A stretch of 53,447 nucleotides of DNA from Clostridia bacterium (GTDB lineage Bacteria; Patescibacteriota; Microgenomatia; UM-FILTER-40-11). Position numbers and translations under genes: made by a program. The notes below the pieces were generated by a model that made no database searches, was not told the origin of the DNA, and saw nothing but the letters and a program-made list of their open reading frames with translations. This document shows, in pieces, positions 17,087-25,482 of the stretch. Location of the stretch: NCBI GenBank assembly GCA_035529915.1, contig DATKVU010000171.1:1-53447 (forward strand), written 5' to 3'. The stretch's first letter is position 1; every line of letters begins with the position of its first letter.

Positions 17087-18043
17087 ATGAATAAAAAGAC
17101 TTCTTTTTTGATAGTTTTCCTTTTGTTGGTGGCTGCCTTTTTAGCGGGCTCTACGGCTGCCAAAATAAAATACTTTGATAAAGCTAGCCAAGATGCCAAG
17201 CCAACTGTTGCTCCTCAGGCCGTTGGGCCAACTCCGCCACCTTTTGAGCCAAGAAAAGCAGACAAACCAGAAGTTAAGTTTTTTGTGATGAGTTTTTGTC
17301 CTTATGGTAATCAGGCAGAGGCGGGGTTAGAGCCGGTTTATCAGCTGCTAAAAGATAAAGTTTCCTGGCAGCCAAGGTATATTGTTAACGACCAAAAATC
17401 TTCTTGCGAGCAAAGCTGTCCTTACCGAGTCTATAATGATGAAGCCCAAAAAAGATGTGAGGAAGCGATTGCCAATGGCCAAGTTGAAGATATGGATACT
17501 TGCAAAGGCTATTTTCCCTATAGTTCTACTGAAGAATGTTTAACCAAAGAATGTTCCAAGTTGGCAGCGGGAAAATATGAGTCGCTCCATGGCGAGCAGG
17601 AATTAAACCAAGATGTTAGGGAAATTTGTGCTTACAGCCAGTTAACAGAAGGTCAAAATAGCGTCTTGGGAGCAGAAGCAGAAAAGGGAATATTAGACCA
17701 ATGGTGGAAGTTTGTTTCCTTGGTGAATACCAATTGCAGCGACAAGAATGCCGATACTTGCTGGACCAAACAGGCCCAGGAGGCGGGATTAAATACCGCC
17801 CAGATTTCCTCTTGCTCCCAAACTCAAGCCAAAACGTTAATGACAAACGAAATCACGGAAAGCGAAAAGTATCGGGCTAGCGGTTCTCCCACTTTCTATA
17901 TCAACGATGTTTTGTATCAAGGCGGTCGAGCACCAGAGGATTTAAAAAAAGCGATTTGTGCTTCTTTTGATAATCCGCCTGAAGAGTGTAATCAAAGTTT
18001 AGGTCAAGAAACTGGTTCAGCAAGCGGAGGTTGTGGACAATGA
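17087..18043 (+). CDS. Exported Cys-rich thioredoxin-fold (DsbA-like) protein with a monothiol CPYG site
   Basis: N-terminal TM/signal segment. FVMSFCPYGNQ and GSPTFYIND are thioredoxin-fold halves separated by a Cys-rich insert. Confidence 0.55.
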   Translation: MNKKTSFLIVFLLLVAAFLAGSTAAKIKYFDKASQDAKPTVAPQAVGPTPPPFEPRKADKPEVKFFVMSFCPYGNQAEAGLEPVYQLLKDKVSWQPRYIVNDQKSSCEQSCPYRVYNDEAQKRCEEAIANGQVEDMDTCKGYFPYSSTEECLTKECSKLAAGKYESLHGEQELNQDVREICAYSQLTEGQNSVLGAEAEKGILDQWWKFVSLVNTNCSDKNADTCWTKQAQEAGLNTAQISSCSQTQAKTLMTNEITESEKYRASGSPTFYINDVLYQGGRAPEDLKKAICASFDNPPEECNQSLGQETGSASGGCGQ

Positions 18044-18618
18044 AGAAATATCTTAAATATCTAATTATCTTGCTTTTAGTACTGGCAGCAACGGCCGGAG
18101 GTTTTTTCTGGACCAGAAACAGTCTCTTGAAGAACCCTGAAGTTAAAAGTGCAGCCGTTAGTCCGACTCAGACGCCAACTAAGCCGGCTCCCAGCTATTC
18201 CCGGACAATTGGTGGTTTTATGGTTACCGAGAGAGAAATAGTCAGAGAAGAGGGTAAGCCGGTAGTTTACTTTTTTGGGATGGAAACTTGTCCTCATTGT
18301 CTTTGGGAAAAACCGATTGCCCAAAAAGTTTTTTCTCAGTTTAAAGACGAGATTGTTTATAAGGAACGCTTTGATTCAGAGGAAGACATGGATGTTTTTG
18401 AGAGTTATAAAGATGTTAATCCTGACTATGGAGTTCCCTTAATAATCGTTGGCGGAAAGTATGTTCGAGTCGGAGCAGGGGAAAGCTTGGGTGCAACTGA
18501 AGAAGAATCCAAAAAGCTGGAAGAAGAAGCCCTAACTGCTTTAGTTTGCAAGTTGACTGATAGCCAACCGTCTTCGATTTGTGGCCCGCTGGAAGAAGAA
18601 ATAAAAGCCATAGAGTAA
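18040..18618 (+). CDS. Membrane-anchored thioredoxin-like protein with a CPHC site
   Basis: The start forms an ATGA overlap with the upstream stop, with GGAGG 9 nt upstream. It has an N-terminal TM segment and an ETCPHC motif. Confidence 0.65.
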   Translation: MKKYLKYLIILLLVLAATAGGFFWTRNSLLKNPEVKSAAVSPTQTPTKPAPSYSRTIGGFMVTEREIVREEGKPVVYFFGMETCPHCLWEKPIAQKVFSQFKDEIVYKERFDSEEDMDVFESYKDVNPDYGVPLIIVGGKYVRVGAGESLGATEEESKKLEEEALTALVCKLTDSQPSSICGPLEEEIKAIE

Positions 18619-18641
18619 CTTCGGTGTGTTAAAATAGCTTC

Positions 18642-19181
18642 ATGATTAAGCTGAATGCCAAAGAGCTTAGGACCACTAAAGCTGATCCTAGTAAAGTAAA
18701 AAATTTACCCAAAAACCCGATTTTTATTGTTTTAGACGATGTTTTGGATACTTATAATATTGGCAGTATTTTTCGTTTGGCTGATGCAGTCGCTGCCCAA
18801 GAGCTGATTATAACCGGCAGATCAGAGACTCCTCCGAACTCTCGGATTAAAAAAGCTTCGGTTAATACGACTGAATGGGTAAGATGGCGATATGAGGAGA
18901 CGGCGGCTCAAGCAATTAAGAACTTAATCCGCCGATTCGGCGGAAAAAATTTGCAGGTAGTGGCCATAGAACAAAGCAAAGAAAGTATTGCTTATACTGA
19001 AATTGAATGGAAGTTTCCGGTAGCCCTGGTAGTGGGCAATGAAACTGCCGGCGTTTCCAAGGAAGCCTTAAAAGAGGCAGATGCAATTGCCGAGCTACCG
19101 ATGTTTGGCGTAAATATTTCTCTTAATGTGATGGTTTCTTTGGCAATTGTGCTTTACAAGGTGGTGGAAAACTTGGACTGA
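18642..19181 (+). CDS. SpoU/TrmH-family RNA 2'-O-methyltransferase
   Basis: Motifs NIGSIFR, LVVGNETAGVS and LNVMVS. Confidence 0.75.
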   Translation: MIKLNAKELRTTKADPSKVKNLPKNPIFIVLDDVLDTYNIGSIFRLADAVAAQELIITGRSETPPNSRIKKASVNTTEWVRWRYEETAAQAIKNLIRRFGGKNLQVVAIEQSKESIAYTEIEWKFPVALVVGNETAGVSKEALKEADAIAELPMFGVNISLNVMVSLAIVLYKVVENLD

Positions 19182-19259
19182 AGGCTATTGACTTTGGCTT
19201 CGGGTTTTGATATTCTGACACTAGATATGCAATAAAACTTTGCCAAGAGTTTTGGGAGC

Positions 19260-19282
19260 AACCCGCTTTTGGCGGGTTTTTT
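19260..19282 (+). terminator. Rho-independent terminator after the TrmH-family gene
   Basis: Stem CCCGC / GCGGG with loop UUUUG, followed by six U. Confidence 0.6.
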
Positions 19283-19298
19283 GATATCTTTTTACTTC

Positions 19299-19310
19299 GT
19301 ACTTTGACAA
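19299..19310 (+). promoter_or_regulatory. boxA-like element GTACTTTGACAA in the 16S leader
   Basis: Resembles E. coli rrn boxA (TGCTCTTTAACAA). An identical 12-mer recurs upstream of 23S at 23256-23267. Confidence 0.45.
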
Positions 19311-20179
19311 TCAAAAAGTGGTAGGAATCAATTTTTTTGAGAATTTGATCCTGGTTCAGGATGAACGCTGGCGGTGTGCCTTAGGCATGCAAGTCGAGCG
19401 CTCCGATGGATCCCGCAAGGGGCTCATCGGAGAGCGGCGAACGGGTGAGTAACGCGTAGGAATCTACCTCTTAGCGGGGCATAGCCTGCCGAAAGGTGGG
19501 GTAATTCCCCATAGTCTCGCAAGAGTAAAGGTCGTAACTGGCCACTAAGAGATGAGCCTGCGTCCTATCAGCTTGTTGGTAGGGTAATAGCCTACCAAGG
19601 CAATGACGGGTAGCTGGGCTGAGAGGTTGACCAGCCACAAGGGAACTGAGACACGGTCCCTACACCTACGGGTGGCAGCAACTAGGAATATTCCACAATG
19701 GGCGAAAGCCTGATGGAGCGACACCGCGTGGAGGATGAAGGTCTTCGGATTGTAAACTCCTTTTGTCCCGCATAGTGCGGGGAGAATAAACTTCTGCTAA
19801 CTACGTGCCAGAAGCCTCGGTAATACGTGGGAAGTAAGCGTTATCCGGATTTATTGGGCGTAAAGCGTTTCGTAGGCGGTTTACTGCATCTTGTTTCAAA
19901 GCCTTAGGCTCAACCTAAGAAAGGGGCAAGAGATGAGTAGACTAGGGTTAGGTCGGGGATGTTGGAATTTGCGGTGGAGCGGTGAAATGCGTTGATATCG
20001 CAAAGAACACCAAGGGCGAAGGCGAACATCTAGGCCTTGACCGACGCTGAGGAACGAAAGCTAGGGGAGCGAAAGGGATTAACATACTAGTCCCATTCAA
20101 CAGTAATGTTGGGTTAAAAACTGGCTATATCGGAGAAACTCCTTGCTATTTTCGGGTTTTATTTGGTAAACTCAAAGTA

Positions 20180-20813
20180 ATGAGGACAACCCCGAGGGAA
20201 GTTGGCTCTCTAAAGGCATCATTCCGACTGAGTACTTTACAAAAAAGCGTTTTAGTCGGGACACTTCTTGGAGATGGAGGATTAAGATATCGAGGGCATG
20301 ATTGCCGTTTGCATATAAAGCATTCTGACAATCAAATATCCTTGGTTCAATTCAAGAGGGAAGTATTTAGTAATATAACCTCGATGAAAATTAGGGTATT
20401 CAAACAAGCTGTAAGCAAAAGAGACTACACTTTTGCCGAGTTTGTTACTCTGACTCATTCAGAGTTTACTAAATATTTCAATCTTTTTTATTCTTCTTCC
20501 AAGAAATCTATTCCTGCTTCGATTGAAAAGTTATTAACCAACCCCCTTAGTTTAGCTGTGGTTTATGGATGACGGTTCAGCAGAGTATGCTGGTGCCTCA
20601 CTCCAAACGCACAGCTTTACTGAAAAGGAGGTTAACCGATTAGTCGAAGTGATTAAAAGGAATTATGAAATTGATGCCGGCAAGAGATTGAATAAGGGGA
20701 AATGGGTTATATATTTTCCAAAAGCAAGTATGCCTAAGCTGCGGAAAGCAATTTGGCATTATATGCTTAAGGATTTTAGATATAAACTCTGTCCTTATTC
20801 CGAGAGAGCTTAA
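20180..20813 (+). pseudogene. Double-motif LAGLIDADG homing endonuclease, split into two frames at the second motif
   Basis: Motif 1 is LVGTLLGDGGL. Frame 1 ends ...LSLAVVYG* at 20572. A different frame continues as MDDGSAEY from 20565. Confidence 0.7.
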
Positions 20814-20936
20814 CCCCGTAGAGACTGTACGCCGGGTCCCGGTATAACACCGGGATATGATACAGTCCGATCTGTGTAGCAATACGCAGAGCTTAATAGA
20901 AATATTGAGTCGCCCCATCTTAGATGGGGTTAGTAT

Positions 20937-20953
20937 CCCGATGTTACATCGGG
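20937..20953 (+). repeat. Copy 1 of the 17-nt palindromic hairpin CCCGATGTTACATCGGG (in the 16S intron)
   Basis: Exact 17-mer. Confidence 0.95.
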
Positions 20954-21072
20954 AGAAAGTAACAGAATGTAGAGACCCCTGTAGTCCTAGCCGTAAACGA
21001 TGCCTGCTAGCTGGTGGCCCCGATTATCGGGGCCGGTGGCGTAAGCTAACGCGTTAAGCAGGCCGCCTGGGG

Positions 21073-21112
<40 letters not shown>

Positions 21113-21842
21113 ACTCGCACAACCAGTGGAGCATGTGGTTTAATTCGATACGAAGCGTTGGACCTTACCCGGGCTTGACATGTTACCGTTTTAGTCTTCC
21201 AGAGATGGAGGACGATCCGCAAGGAAGGTAACACAGCTGCTGCATGGCTGTCGTCAGCTCTAGGCGTGAGCTGTAGGCTTAAGTGCCTCATAGAGCGCAA
21301 CCCCTGTCTTGTGTTAAATATTCACAAGAGACTGCCTCGATTTTTTATCGGGGAGGAAGGAGGGGACGACGTCAAGTCAGCATGGCGCTTATGTCCGGGG
21401 CGACACACATCCTACAATGGCGAAGAACAACGAGCTTAGCGACCTAGTAATGGGAAGCAAATCTCTGAAATTTCGCCTCAGTTCGGATTGAGGGCTGCAA
21501 CTTGCCCTCATGAAGTCGGAATTGGTAGTAATCGCGGATCAGCAGGCCGCGGTGAATACGTTCTCGAGTCTTGTACACACTGCCCGTCAAGTCAACAAAG
21601 TCGGGAGCGCCTGAAGATCCCGCTCAGCGGGATTGAAGGTGAGTTCGGCGATGGGGGCTAAGTCGTAACAAGGTAGCCGTTCTGGAAGGAGCGGCTGGAT
21701 CACCTCCTTTCTAAGGAGCTTTTACACGCCTCCGATGTCACATCGGAGAAACAAAGCCGTCTTGATTAGACGTTAAATAATCAGTCGGAGAAAAGTCATA
21801 TCCGACAAAGATTCCTACCGCTTTTTGATTGTCAAATAAAAA

Positions 21843-21865
21843 CCCCAGATTAATCTGGGGTTTTT
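21843..21865 (+). terminator. Terminator-like hairpin immediately after the 16S processing stem
   Basis: CCCCAGA-UUAA-UCUGGGG followed by five U. Confidence 0.55.
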
Positions 21866-21927
21866 GGTACATGCAAAATCTTTTCTTAATTTTGGTTTTG
21901 TGTTAAAATTTCGATACTTGAAGTTTT

Positions 21928-22002
21928 GGGCAAGTGGCTCAGTGGTAGAGCGATTCTCTGATAAAGAATAGGCCGAAGGTTCGATTCCTTCCTTGCCCAC
22001 CA
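21928..22002 (+). tRNA. tRNA-Ile (GAU anticodon), with CCA encoded
   Basis: Good cloverleaf: acceptor GGGCAAG/CTTGCCC, anticodon loop CTGATAA, T-arm GAAGG-TTCGATT-CCTTC. Confidence 0.9.
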
Positions 22003-22043
22003 CTTTTGCTTCTTGTATTTTCTCTTTCTGTTAAAATAACTTC

Positions 22044-22886
22044 ATGAAATTTTTGAAAAGGCTTTTGCTTTTGCTTTTTCTGGGAATTGGAATTTTGGGG
22101 CTAATTATTTTGGGGACAACGGTATTGGAGGAAGTAAGGGAAATTATCAATGTTGGCCGGGTCGAAGAAAGCAGGGAAGAGGAAATAGCTGAACAGGTCC
22201 TTAATTTTGCGGCCATGTCTGATGTTCACTCGGATATAGAAAGCCTAAAAAGAGCCTTGGAAATCGCTAAAGGCGAAGAAGTCGATTTTATTATTATTAC
22301 TGGCGATTTGACTTCTTTGGGTAAGAGGGATGAACTTTTGGAAGCAAAAAAAGTTTTGGACCAAAGCAGTTTTAAATATTACTCGATTCCGGGCAATCAT
22401 GATCTTTGGTGGAGCCAAAAATTTAATGAAGATGTTTTTGGAGAGGTCTTTGGCCAACACTTTCAGTCTTTTAAAGACAAAGGTGTAAAGTTTATTTTAG
22501 TTGATAATGGTAGTTACTTGGGAGTGGATGAAAAGCAAATGGAATGGATAGAAAATGAAGTGGTTGAATGTGCCCAGATAACCTGTCTGGTTTTTATGCA
22601 TATGCCTCTTAATCATCCTTCTTCTGTACATATTATGGGAGAAGATAGTCCCGAGGTAGCTAGCCAAGCGGCAGAGCTGGTGAAACTGTTGGTAGAAAAT
22701 AAAGTAAAAGAGCTTTTTGCTGGCCATTTACATTTTTCTTCTGAATATGAACTCCAAGGACTTCAGACTACTGTTGTTGGCGCTTTAACCCGAGCTCGCA
22801 ACCCCCAATCACCTAAATTTTTAGAAGTTTGGAAGGGAGAGGAGCTGGAAAAAAAAGAGGTTTTTTTAAGCGACTACACCCCCTGA
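22044..22886 (+). CDS. Calcineurin-like metallophosphoesterase with an N-terminal TM anchor
   Basis: Motifs SDVHS, GDLT, GNHD, MHMP and GHLH. It lies between tRNA-Ile and tRNA-Ala inside the rRNA locus. Confidence 0.8.
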   Translation: MKFLKRLLLLLFLGIGILGLIILGTTVLEEVREIINVGRVEESREEEIAEQVLNFAAMSDVHSDIESLKRALEIAKGEEVDFIIITGDLTSLGKRDELLEAKKVLDQSSFKYYSIPGNHDLWWSQKFNEDVFGEVFGQHFQSFKDKGVKFILVDNGSYLGVDEKQMEWIENEVVECAQITCLVFMHMPLNHPSSVHIMGEDSPEVASQAAELVKLLVENKVKELFAGHLHFSSEYELQGLQTTVVGALTRARNPQSPKFLEVWKGEELEKKEVFLSDYTP

Positions 22887-23048
22887 AATTGCCTGCTACG
22901 CTTCTTGACAGTCTCTGCCTATTTGGATATAATGCTTTTAGTCTCAAAGGAGACAGTTTAATTCATGAGAAGCACTCGAAAACAAGAAATCCTTTATCAG
23001 TTGTATTGTCACGGGCAAGGATAGCGGCTTCTTGTGAACTTTAGATAA

Positions 23049-23069
23049 CTGGCTCCGGCCAGTTTTTTT
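23049..23069 (+). terminator. Rho-independent terminator after the metallophosphoesterase gene
   Basis: CUGGC-UCCG-GCCAG followed by seven U. Confidence 0.6.
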
Positions 23070-23084
23070 GTTCTTTAATTTTAG

Positions 23085-23156
23085 GGGCCAGTAGTTCAAC
23101 GGTAGAATATCCCGTTTGCAACGGGAAGGTAGGCGGGTCAGTACCGCCCTGGTCCA
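23085..23156 (+). tRNA. tRNA-Ala (UGC anticodon) with an atypical T-loop; no CCA encoded
   Basis: Acceptor GGGCCAG/CTGGTCC with the G3:U70 pair. Anticodon loop is TTTGCAA. T-arm GGCGG-GTCAGTA-CCGCC has G at both position 54 and position 58. Confidence 0.75.
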
Positions 23157-23255
23157 CAGGAGTCGACGGCTTGTCCGTCCGAATCCCGATATCAATCGGG
23201 AGAAGGAGGATTCGAATCCGGCTGGCTCCACTGCCAGATAACTGGCAAGAAAATT

Positions 23256-23267
23256 GTACTTTGACAA
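23256..23267 (+). promoter_or_regulatory. boxA-like element GTACTTTGACAA in the 23S leader
   Basis: Identical to the 12-mer at 19299-19310. It sits immediately 5' of the 23S processing stem (23268-23287 pairs with 27088-27108). Confidence 0.45.
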
Positions 23268-23514
23268 GTGAAGAGAAATTTGATGTAGAGTCGCAAACTA
23301 CAGCTAAAGCTAATGGTGGATGCCTAGGTACAACGAGCCGAGGAAGGACGCGCAAGGCGGCGATACTCGTCGGGTAGGTGCCAAGAACCTGCGATCCGGC
23401 GGTTTCCGAATGAGGCAACTCAGTGCAGTGAAAGCTGTGCTATCCCGCTTTCGGCGGGAGGGGTACCCGGGGAACTGAAACATCTTAGTACCCGGAGGAA
23501 GAGAAATCAAATGA

Positions 23515-23546
<32 letters not shown>

Positions 23547-23566
23547 AAGCCTAAACCCCGATGTTA

Positions 23567-23583
23567 CATCGGGGGGTTGTGGG
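23567..23583 (+). repeat. Copy 2 of the 17-nt hairpin (23S domain I)
   Basis: Exact 17-mer; the stem extends to 19 nt with flanking C and G. Confidence 0.95.
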
Positions 23584-23757
23584 ACGCCACTTGGGAGTGT
23601 TTGCGGTAGCAGAAGGCCCTGGAATGGGCTGCCAAAGAAGGTGAAAGCCCTGTATGCGAAACTGCTAAACACCTCGGGCGAGTTCCCAAGTACCATGGGG
23701 AAAGTACCCTGTGGGAATCTGGGGGGGCCACCCTCCAAGGCTAAATACTCGTTGTGT

Positions 23758-23795
<38 letters not shown>

Positions 23796-24371
23796 AAGGG
23801 TGAGACACCCAGTGAAATAGAAACTGAAACCATTGGCTAACAAACAGATGAAGGTCCGACGTAACGTCGGACTGACATCGTGCCTATTGAAGAATGATCC
23901 GGCGAGTCTACGTTCAAGTGCTAGTTTAACCCCGCCGAGCGGGGGTAGGCGTAGTGAAAGCAAGCCTGAATAGGGCGTTAAGCGCTGGACGTAGAACCCG
24001 AAACCGGGCGAGCTAACCTTGAGCAGGGTGAACCCCGATGAAAATCGGGGAGAGGCCCGAACCCGTTGCTGTTGCAATAGCATGGGATGACTTGAGGTTA
24101 GGGGTAATATGCTAATCGAGCCCGGAGATAGCTGGTTCTCCCCGAAATATATTTTGGTATAGCCCATCTGTATAAACCAGAGGGGTAGAGATACTGAATG
24201 GTGGCAGGGCAGCAATGTCTTGTCCTCAACCAAACTCCGAATACTTTGGTGTTCACAGATGGAGTCAGACTAGTCGGGCTAAGCTGATTAGTCGAAAGGG
24301 AAACAGCCCAGACTTGCAATTAAGGCCTCTAAGTTTTAGCTAAGTAAAAGGAAGTTAAATTCCTCAGACAC

Positions 24372-24402
<31 letters not shown>

Positions 24403-24433
24403 CAAAGAAAGCGTAACAGCTCACTGGATGAGT

Positions 24434-24450
24434 CCCGATGTTACATCGGG
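24434..24450 (+). repeat. Copy 3 of the 17-nt hairpin (23S)
   Basis: Exact 17-mer. Confidence 0.95.
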
Positions 24451-25124
24451 AGGGGAATTTAGCGCCGTAGATGATCGAGAATAAGCTAAACGCCGAAATT
24501 CAAGATTGCTCGCTTATGCGAGTAGTGGTAGGGGAGCGTTCCGTGGGCGGTGAAGCCCTTCCGTAAGGTCAGGGTGGAGCGCACGGAAGTGAGAATGCCG
24601 GAATGAGTAACGAAAGTCCGATGAGAATTCGGACCGCCGAATACCCAAGGTTTCCCACGCAACGTTCGTCGACGTGGGGTAAGTCGGGACCTAACATGAG
24701 GCCAGCTAAACTGGCGTAGTGGATGGACAACAGGTTGATATTCCTGTACAGAGAAAGTGTCGTTATTTTCGCGCAAGCGGAAACAAGGTTCTGCAGACGT
24801 AAGTTTGCAGGGTCTTATTACCTGGGGACTGACGAAGTTGGAATAATCGAGTCAAGCGGTGAAGACGCTTGATTTAAGCATTGAAATGGTTTTGATTGGA
24901 AAATCCGTTAGAACGTTTAAATTGAGGTGTGAATAAAAGTTCTGCTGCAAGGCGGAGCAATTCGATGAGGTTCAGCTTCCCAGAAAAGGTTCGCAGGGAG
25001 ATGCTTTTTTTCCCGTACCGCAAACCGACACAGGTGGGTTGGTCGAGTAGACTAAGGCGAGCGAGAGAAGGAGGTTTAAGGAACTCGGCAAACAATCTGG
25101 ACGTAAGCTATGCAAGATGTCCTG

Positions 25125-25141
25125 CCCGATGTTACATCGGG
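25125..25141 (+). repeat. Copy 4 of the 17-nt hairpin (23S)
   Basis: Exact 17-mer. Confidence 0.95.
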
Positions 25142-25451
25142 CCACAGCAAAAGATTGCCAAGGGACTGTTTAACTAAAACACAGGTCTCTGCAAACCCGT
25201 AAGGGGAAGTATAGGGGCTGCGGCCTGCCCAGTGCCCGTAGGTCAAAGCTTAGGGTGACCCCGACGCAAGTCGGGATAGCTCTGGGCCTAAGCCCGGGTG
25301 AACGGCGGCACTAACTATAAGTGTCCTATGGTAGCGAAGTCCCTCGTCTGGTGAGTTCAGACCCGCACGAAAGGCTTAACCACTTGGCAACTGTCTTGAA
25401 CCTTCACTCGGTGAAATTGAAATGGCTGTGAAGATGCGGCCTATATGCTCT

Positions 25452-25482
<31 letters not shown>

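Larger units (their letters stand above)
20080..20969 (+). mobile_element. Group I intron in 16S (near E. coli position 788, inside the 785F/806R primer site)
   Basis: P1 pairs exon GGGAU plus intron UA with the internal guide sequence UAGUCCC (20088-20094), with a G-U wobble at the splice site. The intron ends in G (20969). An R-like element lies at 20815-20827 and an S-like element at 20855-20868, giving P7 GACUGUA/UACAGUC. Joining the exons restores GGGATTAGAGACCCCTGTAGTCC. Confidence 0.8.

Noticed and set aside
19188-19216. A TTGACT, 17-nt spacer, TATTCT promoter-like site as the rRNA promoter.
   Set aside because: It overlaps the end of the TrmH-family gene, and a terminator hairpin (19260-19282) lies between it and 16S. 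It may still be real, but the sequence alone does not support calling it.
19303-19308. The TTGACA hexamers inside the boxA-like 12-mers (also at 23261-23266) as -35 promoter elements for 16S and 23S.
   Set aside because: Both lie within the 5' arms of the rRNA processing stems, which must be transcribed. No suitable -10 element follows at 17 +/- 1 bp.
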